From SAR324 cluster bacterium (lineage in GTDB: Bacteria; SAR324; NAC60-12), in the NCBI GenBank assembly GCA_016764995.1, contig JAESQU010000100.1:1-56918 (forward strand): DNA of 56,918 nt, given 5' to 3'. Every line of letters begins with the position of its first letter. Positions within the stretch are counted from its first letter, which is position 1. A model generated the notes under the pieces. It was not told the origin of the DNA, did not search any database, and saw only the letters and a program-made list of their open reading frames with translations. The translations under genes were made by a program, and so were the position numbers. Positions 47,673-56,293 of the stretch are shown piece after piece.

Positions 47673-48705
47673 TCATGTATCTACTGTTATGAACCACCCA
47701 ATAAAAAAAACTGTTCCACCGACAACAACTCCTCCAGTCAGTCTTGAACAAATTCTAAAAGTAGTTTCAGCTGATATCGAATTACTCGAGTCACAAATTT
47801 TACGTGATGTAAAGACCGATATCCCCTTGCTCAACAATGTGGCGGAACATATTCTTAGTTCCGGAGGAAAAAGATTACGTCCGGCACTGGTACTTTTAGG
47901 TGCTGAAATGTTTGGAGGTGTTGATGAAAGAGTTATGCAGGCGGCGCAGGTCATTGAGTATTTGCACACTGCAACGCTCTTGCACGACGATGTAGTTGAC
48001 GGTGCGGAAACACGCAGAGCCAAGCAAGCTGTTTGCAGGGTTTGGGGAAATGAAGCGAGTGTTCTTTCCGGGGACTATTTGTTAGCCATGGCCTTTCACC
48101 GTCTCACTAAATTACGTCATCTGGAAGTTTTGGAATTGATGTCAGAAACAACGACAAAAATGGCGCGAGGTGAATTGTTGCAACTGACGCGTTCATTTGA
48201 GACAGCAAACGAAGAGGAATATCTTGAAATAATCATCAACAAAACGGCGTGTCTTTTTGCTACAGCAATCAAAACAGGAGCTTTGCTGGCCGGTGCATCG
48301 GGTGAATCTGCGAATCAGTTGTATGATTACGGAATGGCATTAGGGATTTCTTTTCAGATTGTGGATGATGCGCTTGATTATGCTGATGAGAATAAAACCG
48401 GAAAGCCGGTGGGAGGAGATTTACAAGAACGTAAAATCACTCTTCCTTTGAGTCATTTGCTTGGAAAAGCAAATGCCACGGACAGGAAGCGTTTGGATTC
48501 GATTCTGTCTATGGAGGAAATTGAAAAGCCGCAAATTGATGAGGTAATCAATTTGATGCGGAATTACGGATCCATCAATTACACTTTAGAATTTTCTAGG
48601 AAGTATGCTTCAGAAGCAAAACGGAGTATAGAAAATTTTCCTGCCACTAACCTCACACAATCACTTGCAGATATTACGGATTTTGTTGTTTCTCGTCAGC
48701 TTTGA
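47665..48705 (+). CDS. ispB: Long-chain (hepta/octaprenyl-type) polyprenyl diphosphate synthase
   Basis: First and second Asp-rich motifs LLHDDVVD and QIVDDALD. Its ATG overlaps the stop of the carboxylase gene (ATGCTTGA). Confidence 0.88.
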   Translation: MLDHVSTVMNHPIKKTVPPTTTPPVSLEQILKVVSADIELLESQILRDVKTDIPLLNNVAEHILSSGGKRLRPALVLLGAEMFGGVDERVMQAAQVIEYLHTATLLHDDVVDGAETRRAKQAVCRVWGNEASVLSGDYLLAMAFHRLTKLRHLEVLELMSETTTKMARGELLQLTRSFETANEEEYLEIIINKTACLFATAIKTGALLAGASGESANQLYDYGMALGISFQIVDDALDYADENKTGKPVGGDLQERKITLPLSHLLGKANATDRKRLDSILSMEEIEKPQIDEVINLMRNYGSINYTLEFSRKYASEAKRSIENFPATNLTQSLADITDFVVSRQL

Positions 48706-48725
48706 ATTAGTAGTTTTGAGTATTG

Positions 48726-49160
48726 CTATTTTTTTTGTGGAGACAATGAATGGCGGTTATAAAGTGAGCTCCAACGATTTGCACGCCGCGCGGCTTCACC
48801 AAATGAAATTAAAATATCTTCAATTATCAGCGGCTTTTCAAAAAAATCATAAGCTCCACCCTGCATGCATTGAATGACATTCGGTAAAGTGCCGTGTGAT
48901 GTCATGACAAAAATCTGCATCAAGGAATTCATTTCCTTTATTTCCTGCAATAATTCCACACCACTCATTTCAGCCATCATAATATCCGTTATCACAACGT
49001 GAAAGAAACTGCGCTGCAAAGTGGTCAGTGCTTCCTCTGCGCTTTTGGCTGTACTGACGTGATAGCCTTCTTTTCCCAAAACTTGCTGGAGAACCATACG
49101 TATATTTTCGTCATCATCGACCACCAAAATACTTAGTTCAAAGTTAGTTGTTTTTTTCAT
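48726..49160 (-). CDS. Single-domain response regulator (CheY-like receiver)
   Basis: ILVVDDDENIR, the phospho-acceptor context VVITDIMMAEMSG, and a conserved T/K region. Confidence 0.85.
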   Translation of the reverse strand: MKKTTNFELSILVVDDDENIRMVLQQVLGKEGYHVSTAKSAEEALTTLQRSFFHVVITDIMMAEMSGVELLQEIKEMNSLMQIFVMTSHGTLPNVIQCMQGGAYDFFEKPLIIEDILISFGEAARRANRWSSLYNRHSLSPQKK

Positions 49161-49185
49161 AGCCTTGTCTTTATGAACTTAAATA

Positions 49186-50028
49186 TCAATTTGCTGTTTT
49201 ACTGAGGGAGCGTAAAAATTTGACACGATCCGGAGCTACCATGGCCGCATTACCGATAAGTGCAGCGTCGCACGGGATTTTCAAAAGACTTTTTACATCT
49301 TCCGGCGAATTGACGCAGCTGGCACTGATCAATAATTTCCCTTCCTGTTTCTTCCATGATCTCAAATCCGGATAACGTTCCCACCAAGATGAAATAACAT
49401 CCACACTACCCAAGTCATATGTCGCCGTCGGTTCTTCCGGAATTGCTGCAATCGCTCTGTTATTGATCATCAAAATATCCGGATTAACCGCAAGTACCCT
49501 CGGTAATTCATTCTCAAGAGAACATTCTACAACCGCCTCTACTCCAATCATTTTGGCTTCAGCAATTATTTCACGTAATTTTGTTTCCTGAAAATAATAT
49601 GCCAGTATTAAGGCTGCGCTTGCACCTCGTACACGTCCTTCCAGTAGTTGGTATGGAGTTATAATGAACTCTTTATGCAACAAAGGCAAAGTAGTTGCCG
49701 CATGCACTTTTTCAAGAGTTTCAAGAGAGCCTCCAAACCAATTTTCATCTGTGAGTACAGAAATTGCTTTTGCGCCTCCTGCCTCATAATCGCACACAAC
49801 TGCTTCCGGATCAAGACGCTCAACATTATTACGTCCCGGAGCTTTCGATTTCACTTCCGTAATCAAAGAGATTGGCGCATCCGGTTCCCTCATCAAATTA
49901 GTGCGAAAATCCGGAGCAACTCCAAGCGTTTCCGCTTGTTCACTTAAGCTCTTTTCAGAAACTTTTATTTGACGCTGCGCAACTTCTTTTACTTTAAGAT
50001 CGTGTAATCGGTCTAAAAATGTTCTCAT
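49186..50028 (-). CDS. trpC: Indole-3-glycerol-phosphate synthase (orphan, somewhat divergent)
   Basis: ITEVKSKAPG, AISVLTDENWFGGS, LLHKEFIITPYQ, VVECS, INNR. ATG 50028 (MRTFLDRL) is preferred over the TTG at 50046. Confidence 0.75.
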   Translation of the reverse strand: MRTFLDRLHDLKVKEVAQRQIKVSEKSLSEQAETLGVAPDFRTNLMREPDAPISLITEVKSKAPGRNNVERLDPEAVVCDYEAGGAKAISVLTDENWFGGSLETLEKVHAATTLPLLHKEFIITPYQLLEGRVRGASAALILAYYFQETKLREIIAEAKMIGVEAVVECSLENELPRVLAVNPDILMINNRAIAAIPEEPTATYDLGSVDVISSWWERYPDLRSWKKQEGKLLISASCVNSPEDVKSLLKIPCDAALIGNAAMVAPDRVKFLRSLSKTAN

Positions 50029-50168
50029 TGATAATCTGCCACACAAGGTTGAAGACTATGAAGGAAACTTGAAAAGTCATCAACAAAAGTTATACAATCG
50101 TCATGCCTTTAGTCGACATCACATTCAAAATTTAATCGGCCTCTCAGTCTAAATTAAATTAACATTTC

Positions 50169-51008
50169 ATGTCTTTATTTGTTTTATCTTTAGTTCTCTT
50201 TTCAGCGTTAATGCATGCCGGCTGGAATCTTTATTTAAAACAAAGCGGTGATCGTTTAGTGACGATATCAACCATGCATCTTGTCTCTGGAATGATTGGC
50301 ATGGTTGCCGTTCTGTTTTTGCCTCTGCCCCATGTAGAAAGCTGGCCGTATATTTTTGCGTCCGTTGTCCTGCATTTAGGTTACCATCTTTTTCTTGTTA
50401 AAGCCTACGTTTATGGTGATCTTGGTCAAGTTTATCCGATTGCGAGAGGAACTTCTCCGCTCTTGTTGGGATTTGTGTCTGTGTTTTGGATTGGAGAAGA
50501 ACTCACTTTCCAGTCGATAATTGCTATTATATTGATTACACTGGGAATATTCAGTCTAATGTTTCGTGGTAAAATGTTATTGAAGCATTCTACCCGCCCA
50601 ATTATTTACGCGTTGGCAACGGGTAGTTTCATTGCTGCTTATACTCTTGCGGATGGTTTAGGAGTTCGTTTATCCGGAAATGCAGCCTCATACGTACTTT
50701 GGCTGACGGCATTCGAGTGTTGGCCTTTATTAGCAATTACTGTATTCCTGCGTAAAGGTGCGGTATTTAGTTCCATGCGGCAAAACTGGAAATATGCTGT
50801 GCCCGGAGGAATTCTATCAGTCTCCGCGTATGGAATTGTTGTCTGGGCTATGCAAAATTCTCCGATCGCTCTCGTTTCCGCTCTCAGGGAAAGTAGCGTG
50901 GTTATTGCCGCACTGATGGGTATCTGGATTCTTGGAGAAGAAAAGTCAGTGAGGCATCTATTGTCCGTCACAATGGTAGCCGCAGGAGTGATCTTGACTC
51001 GTTTATAA
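50169..51008 (+). CDS. EamA/DMT-family transporter
   Basis: 279 aa with about ten TM helices in two repeated halves. Confidence 0.75.
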   Translation: MSLFVLSLVLFSALMHAGWNLYLKQSGDRLVTISTMHLVSGMIGMVAVLFLPLPHVESWPYIFASVVLHLGYHLFLVKAYVYGDLGQVYPIARGTSPLLLGFVSVFWIGEELTFQSIIAIILITLGIFSLMFRGKMLLKHSTRPIIYALATGSFIAAYTLADGLGVRLSGNAASYVLWLTAFECWPLLAITVFLRKGAVFSSMRQNWKYAVPGGILSVSAYGIVVWAMQNSPIALVSALRESSVVIAALMGIWILGEEKSVRHLLSVTMVAAGVILTRL

Positions 51009-51139
51009 GCTTCTTTTTTTGATTTTCGAAAGAGAAACAATTTAAGTGATTTTTCTTTTTTACCTGTTCATCTAAATCAACAAATAATTCTTCTGGTCTG
51101 CATATTGCAGAATTATAAATAACACCTCATTTATACCAG

Positions 51140-51168
51140 TTGATAAATGTCGGTGATTATTATATATT
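51140..51168 (+). promoter_or_regulatory. Near-consensus sigma-70 promoter for the micro-ORF pair
   Basis: TTGATA-N17-TATATT, ending 24 nt before the ATG at 51192. Confidence 0.45.
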
Positions 51169-51191
51169 TCAACCACATAGATGGGTAAAAA

Positions 51192-51365
51192 ATGAAAATT
51201 TCACGAGATCAAATCAATGATGCAATGTTGCGGTTTATGGATCGTGGCGGTTCAATTCGTCGCTTTGAGCGAGTTGTAGGCGAACCTATTTTGGGCAGTG
51301 ATATTTGGCTGACAGAGGACACACTGGAGATGATTGAAACGCAAGATTCGGATTTTCTGGGATAG
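51192..51365 (+). CDS. Micro-ORF 1 (57 aa), paralogue of micro-ORF 2; not in ORF track
   Basis: Hand translation gives MKISRDQINDAMLRFMDRGGSIRRFERVVGEPILGSDIWLTEDTLEMIETQDSDFLG. Confidence 0.5.
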   Translation: MKISRDQINDAMLRFMDRGGSIRRFERVVGEPILGSDIWLTEDTLEMIETQDSDFLG

Positions 51366-51454
51366 TTACTTAATGACAATATTATGTCTTTTGAGTTGAA
51401 TTCTATGAATCAGCATCAAAAGTATAGCTGACCTTATTTTAAACTATAAAAAAA

Positions 51455-51613
51455 ATGAATATTTCAACTAATCGAAACAATGAGGCAATGGCTCGATTTC
51501 TGGTAAGCCGCTATGAGCGGGTTATCGGCGAACCAATTTTGGCAAGTGATATTTGGCAATCTGAAGATATGTCAGAGCGTATTGAAATGCACAACTCGGA
51601 TTTTCTGGGATAG
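51455..51613 (+). CDS. Micro-ORF 2 (52 aa), paralogue of micro-ORF 1; not in ORF track
   Basis: Hand translation gives MNISTNRNNEAMARFLVSRYERVIGEPILASDIWQSEDMSERIEMHNSDFLG. It shares ERV(V/I)GEPIL(G/A)SDIW and the terminal SDFLG-stop with ORF 1. Confidence 0.5.
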   Translation: MNISTNRNNEAMARFLVSRYERVIGEPILASDIWQSEDMSERIEMHNSDFLG

Positions 51614-51670
51614 TAATCCCGCTTGCAAAAGTTTTTGCTATAAAGTCCTGCCGTCCTCAAGCTAAATTTC

Positions 51671-52450
51671 ATGATAACCATCCAATATGCCATCATCGGT
51701 GGTACTGGTGTTTATGACAGTGGTGTCGCTTCAATCCAGAAAACCGTAAATACGGAATACGGAAAGGTTGAAGTTGATATTGCTGAAGTTGAAGGAACCT
51801 CTATGGTTTTCCTTGCACGCCATGGAAAGGAACATGGAATCCCTCCTCATCTCATTAATTACCGTGCAAATATAAAAGCTCTGCAGGAGCTTGGAGTTCA
51901 ACATATTTTTGCGACTGCCGCAGTTGGATCTTTAAATCCGGATTACCCAACCGGTTCGTTGGTTGTGCTGTCTGATTTTATGGAGATGACAAAGCAACGC
52001 CCACTTACTTTTTTTGAGGGTGGAACTGACGATGTAAAACACGTCAACATGGATGATCCATATTGCGGAAATTTACGGAAACATCTTCTAGAAGCAGCAA
52101 AACTGCATAAGATTCAGTTCAAAGGAAATGCGGTTTATCTGTGTACTGAAGGACCGCGTTTTGAAACTGAGGCAGAAATAAGAATGATGCGGAAATGGGG
52201 AGCGGACGTGGTTGGCATGACGAGTGTTCCGGAAGTGGTTTTGGCGAAAGAACTTGGAATGTGTTATGCCTCCGTCGGATTTGTGGTTAATATGGCAACC
52301 GGAATGGAAAGTGGGCCAATTCAACTGGAATCAATCGGGGATATGCTGGCCCGGAACAAAGAAAAAGTTAACAAGATGTTTTTGGATATTTTTTCAAAAA
52401 CGCTGGATCAGCAAAATTGTGGTTGCGCAGACTCAATTGTCTGTTTGTAG
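51671..52450 (+). CDS. mtnP: S-methyl-5'-thioadenosine phosphorylase (PNP family 2)
   Basis: IIGGTG, FLARHG..H.IPPH.INYRANI.AL..LGV, AVGSL, GPRFET.AE and GADVVGMT. Confidence 0.85.
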   Translation: MITIQYAIIGGTGVYDSGVASIQKTVNTEYGKVEVDIAEVEGTSMVFLARHGKEHGIPPHLINYRANIKALQELGVQHIFATAAVGSLNPDYPTGSLVVLSDFMEMTKQRPLTFFEGGTDDVKHVNMDDPYCGNLRKHLLEAAKLHKIQFKGNAVYLCTEGPRFETEAEIRMMRKWGADVVGMTSVPEVVLAKELGMCYASVGFVVNMATGMESGPIQLESIGDMLARNKEKVNKMFLDIFSKTLDQQNCGCADSIVCL

Positions 52451-52628
52451 GAAGCACTTCCTTTACAAGTAAAGTGGATGGCACTTTGTAATCTTCAAAT
52501 TTTACCTCGATTTTCTTCAGAAACATTTTCTCTAACTTGACCTAAATTATGCAATATTTTTACAATTCTTAAATTTGAAACTTGTTTGAAAACGGTTGCA
52601 AGTATAGCGAGTTATCGCAAAATATTAT

Positions 52629-52946
52629 CTAAGCCACCTCTTGCAAGTGATGGAATTCCTGTATTGTATTCAGATCATTTTGCTCATCTTTTTTTGCACG
52701 ATAGAGATCCCAACGAACTTGCAAATTTAGCCAGAACTCTGCTGATACATTAAAAAATTTTGATAAACGCAGGGCCGTACTTGGTGTAACCCCACGTTTT
52801 TTGTTGACCAGTTCGTTGACTCGCTGATAAGGAACATGGATTGCGTCAGCAAGTTCACGTTGAGTGATTTTCATAGGCTGTAGGAATTCTTCCCGAAGCA
52901 TTTCTCCAGGATGTGTTGGTTCTCGATGAGTTGGAATTCTGATCAT
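52629..52946 (-). CDS. higA: HigA-family antitoxin (XRE HTH)
   Basis: HPGEMLREEFL.P..ITQRELADAI.VPYQRVNELVN.KR.VTPSTALRLSKFF. Confidence 0.88.
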   Translation of the reverse strand: MIRIPTHREPTHPGEMLREEFLQPMKITQRELADAIHVPYQRVNELVNKKRGVTPSTALRLSKFFNVSAEFWLNLQVRWDLYRAKKDEQNDLNTIQEFHHLQEVA

Positions 52947-52955
52947 GATGTTCTC

Positions 52956-53258
52956 CTAATGATAGTCAGTGATTTCTACGTTGCAAGGTTCGGAATTTTC
53001 CCAACGAAAACAAATTCTATATTGTTCATTTATTTGGATACTGTACTCTTCTTTTCTGTCACCGGCTAGTTTTTCAAGCCGATTCCCAGGAGGAATTCTC
53101 AGTTCTTCATGTTGTTGAACGGAATCCAACTGATCTAGTTTTCTAGAAACAATCTTCCAAAGTTTTTGTGGACAGATTTTTCTAGCAGCTTTCGTGTTTA
53201 ATCCATTGAAAATATCCTCAGTCGCCTTATTATTGAATGATTCTATCATAAGGATCAC
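52956..53258 (-). CDS. higB: HigB-family (RelE/ParE superfamily) toxin
   Basis: F.NK..EDIFNG....AARKI, PPGNRLEKL.GDR...YSIQINEQYRICFRW......VEI.DYH. It lies 9 nt upstream of higA. Confidence 0.85.
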   Translation of the reverse strand: MILMIESFNNKATEDIFNGLNTKAARKICPQKLWKIVSRKLDQLDSVQQHEELRIPPGNRLEKLAGDRKEEYSIQINEQYRICFRWENSEPCNVEITDYH

Positions 53259-53381
53259 TTAAAAGTACTTCAATTGTCTTCCCGTACAGAATTCATAATC
53301 CTTTATTGTTGAAATTTACAAAATTCCTTTGAATCCAGCTATTAAGGGATTAACCACTTTTCGTAACTCCACCAGGATAAT

Positions 53382-55637
53382 TTATTCACGTTTTTCGGTC
53401 TGTTCCAGCATTTTCCAGCGTACAATCGGAATTTGTTGCAATATTTCAGTATCTGAAATGTTGTAGATTTGGGTTTGAGTAATTGCGTTGGCGCAACTTA
53501 TTTTTGACTCACTTGAGATCATCTTTTCACCTCCCCAAAATTCACCTTTCCACACCACATGCTGACTTTCTGCTTTGTCAGTTCCACGACCGGTTAATTC
53601 CACTTTGCCTTCTTTGACCAGCATCAGCCCATCGCATTCGATAGAATCACCTTTCTTGTATTTTGAAAGTGACATGCTCTGTGCAATTTGACTTTGAATT
53701 GGAGAAGATATTGATTCACCGAACAACCATGTTTGTCGCAAAAACTCAATCTTCTCTTGCGTATTTTTAATCTGTTTTAAAAGCTGGTTTCGTTTGACAA
53801 ACTCTTTGAACAAAACAGCGGGAATTTTTAGAGTTTCAATATGACTTAAAGTTCGATATGTTCCTCTACTTTTCAGCCCAAAAAGTACTGCCAAGTCTCC
53901 AATTAGTGTTCCGCTGGATAAGGGGTAACTTGTTTTTTCATGCGGTGAAAGTAATTCTGCTACGCCAGTAAGAACCAAATATACATGCTCCGGGATTTCC
54001 TGATCTCGGAGTAGAATAGTTCCGGCATTGACAGATTCGCGCTCACAATTGAGCAACATGTGAATTTCACCAAGTTCAACGTCTGGATAGTATTTTCGCA
54101 AATAATCTGCACCAAATTCCAGCGAATAATCTTCATGACCTTCAATCAGCGTGTCCATGCTGCCAAAGGTGACTCCGCAACCAATTATTTTTTCTTCCTG
54201 CGTAAGCTTGTGTGCTGTATGTGCCAAAATTATTTTGTCTGATTTGTCAGTCTTAAAATCTACTGCTTTGCCGTGAATCATTCCTCCGCCAATATCGATT
54301 TTCTTGACTTGTACAGGCCTAAGGTATTCTGCCCAAACCTTTTTCATAAACGACGGACTGATGCCTGGTAGTTGCGGATTTTCTTGAACCATTTTTTTCA
54401 AAACATCATGAGATGAAACATCTGCTAAATGTGCGTAAGTCGCATAACCATCTTTCCAAAGTGTCCTGAAAAACAGAATATTTGTTTCAACAGGATGTGG
54501 AGAATATACGGGTCGAACTTCTAGTCCGTCGATATTGTTCCATACATCAAACTCTAAATCACAAACTTCAAAAAATTCTTCAAATGTCTTTTCCTTGATT
54601 GACATCAATGAGGAAAGTTTTTTTGTAACAGATGCACGTACCAGTGCGGTAGTGTAATATTTGATCCGGTGATTTGTACGAACTAGAGTAGTCAAACCCG
54701 CAAAATGATCATCATGTGCGTGAGTATGAAAAATACCCTCCACTTCATTTACGTCTACACCGATAGAATTCAAAGTGTGCGCAATGTTTGGGCCAACATC
54801 AATCAGATAGACTTTTCCTTGAAAACTGATCACACTGGCCATACAGGGGCGATTTATATCCCAACCATCGCCTTCACCTGTATGAACGACAGAGAAATAT
54901 TCGCGTTTAAAGTGGTGGTTTTCAAGCTCATAAGGTGTCTGGTAAATTTCATTGATACCAAGATTCAGGTCAACTTCTACACTTTCATTTTTATAATTGA
55001 ACTCATAACAGTTAACGCTTTTTCTTACTACATGTACCCCGTTTAGTACTTCCACAGGTTCATCATCAACAAACCGGGCTTCCAGCAAATCAGTAGTTGG
55101 GCGAATTGCTCCAAAGGCAAAGTGGAGTTTGATCCGCATCATTTCCTCTGCTTTTTCTTTTGAAACTCCTGTTTCAAGGATTTCCTCCAGAGTTTCCAAA
55201 CCATAGTTGCCACGATGAATGTATTCCATCTGAGCGTTAACCACGTTTTTACGGCCTATTAGCAGAGGTTTTGCACCGGTATTGTTAGGGTGATTAGGCA
55301 AAAGCATGCCTTGGCGGTAGAGCATCTGTAGTACTGGAAACTCTGCTAAATTGGCAAAGTCTCCTTTTTGAACACTTAAATCGGAAAGAAGAATTGCATT
55401 CGGACCAGTTTCATTTGTGACGCTACCGTGTGGATGTTGAAATGAACCCGATCCAGGCTCCAAGGAACTGACTTCCCGGTCAAGATCGCGGATTTTACCG
55501 GCTTTCATCAAGTGCTTGACACTATCAGCAGGACATCCGCAAAGCACATATAATTCAGCTTCCGGAACTTCCAGCCAGAAAACACCAGCCGCAATTTTAG
55601 TTAAAGCAATCCTGGACATTCTGCTTCTCGCAAACAA
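53382..55637 (-). CDS. Multidomain protein: unknown N-terminal region + metallo-beta-lactamase fold + two cyclic-nucleotide-binding domains
   Basis: The HxHxDH motif FHTHAHDDHFAG is mid-protein. Two C-terminal cNMP-binding-like modules are present (VYLVLTGVAELL...GTLIGDLAVLFG; GLMLVKEGKVELT...GEFWGGEKM). The start is TTG 55637 or ATG 55619. Confidence 0.8.
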   Translation of the reverse strand: MFARSRMSRIALTKIAAGVFWLEVPEAELYVLCGCPADSVKHLMKAGKIRDLDREVSSLEPGSGSFQHPHGSVTNETGPNAILLSDLSVQKGDFANLAEFPVLQMLYRQGMLLPNHPNNTGAKPLLIGRKNVVNAQMEYIHRGNYGLETLEEILETGVSKEKAEEMMRIKLHFAFGAIRPTTDLLEARFVDDEPVEVLNGVHVVRKSVNCYEFNYKNESVEVDLNLGINEIYQTPYELENHHFKREYFSVVHTGEGDGWDINRPCMASVISFQGKVYLIDVGPNIAHTLNSIGVDVNEVEGIFHTHAHDDHFAGLTTLVRTNHRIKYYTTALVRASVTKKLSSLMSIKEKTFEEFFEVCDLEFDVWNNIDGLEVRPVYSPHPVETNILFFRTLWKDGYATYAHLADVSSHDVLKKMVQENPQLPGISPSFMKKVWAEYLRPVQVKKIDIGGGMIHGKAVDFKTDKSDKIILAHTAHKLTQEEKIIGCGVTFGSMDTLIEGHEDYSLEFGADYLRKYYPDVELGEIHMLLNCERESVNAGTILLRDQEIPEHVYLVLTGVAELLSPHEKTSYPLSSGTLIGDLAVLFGLKSRGTYRTLSHIETLKIPAVLFKEFVKRNQLLKQIKNTQEKIEFLRQTWLFGESISSPIQSQIAQSMSLSKYKKGDSIECDGLMLVKEGKVELTGRGTDKAESQHVVWKGEFWGGEKMISSESKISCANAITQTQIYNISDTEILQQIPIVRWKMLEQTEKRE

Positions 55638-55666
55638 TGGTTATTGACTATTGATTACCACAAAAA

Positions 55667-55912
55667 CTAACCCCCGCTAACCGGAGGAATCAAACAATAT
55701 TCCGCGCCATCTGTGAGTACAGACTGTTTTCCGACGTACTCATCTTCATGTGCCAATCTGGTCACTTTTAAAATAGCTGCTGCCTGAGGAAATTTTTGTG
55801 AGAGCAGCACTATTACATCTTCAGCTGTACTTCCTCTGCTAACTTCGAGTACTAGCGGATCCTCTGCAATTGACTCTTGCAGTACGGCATAAAAAATTAA
55901 AGTAATTTGCAC
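55667..55912 (-). CDS. moaD: MoaD/ThiS-family sulfur-carrier protein
   Basis: 81 aa with a beta-grasp pattern and C-terminal IPPVSGG. GTG start. Confidence 0.8.
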   Translation of the reverse strand: MQITLIFYAVLQESIAEDPLVLEVSRGSTAEDVIVLLSQKFPQAAAILKVTRLAHEDEYVGKQSVLTDGAEYCLIPPVSGG

Positions 55913-55916
55913 AAAT

Positions 55917-56285
55917 CTATGAATAATTGAAAATTAAGTCAAACAAAATTGAACCCCAAACTATTACCATGTTTGCGGCGGACAAAAAAACCGCAGCACT
56001 TCCGGCGTCCTTTGCTCTACCAGAAAGCGGATGTTGTTCTGTAGAAATCCGATTCACAACTGCTTCTATTCCGGAATTGAGTAATTCTACTATTAGTACC
56101 AAAAAAACGGAACTGATTAGTAAAATCCGCGGAATCAGCGAAACAGGTAAAAACAGAGCAGTTGGAATTAAAACGGCGGCCACTGTTAATTCAATGCGGA
56201 AAGCCATTTCATAATGCATTGTATCCCGAAAACCTTGCAAGCTAAAGCCAAAGGCTTTCCACAAGTGAATTAAAACTTTCATCAC
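55917..56285 (-). CDS. dgkA: Diacylglycerol kinase (prokaryotic DgkA)
   Basis: 122 aa with three TM helices. AFRIEL and ELLNSGIEAVVNRIS...H.LSGRAKDAGSAAV are present. Confidence 0.88.
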   Translation of the reverse strand: MMKVLIHLWKAFGFSLQGFRDTMHYEMAFRIELTVAAVLIPTALFLPVSLIPRILLISSVFLVLIVELLNSGIEAVVNRISTEQHPLSGRAKDAGSAAVFLSAANMVIVWGSILFDLIFNYS

Positions 56286-56293
56286 AAAAAACC

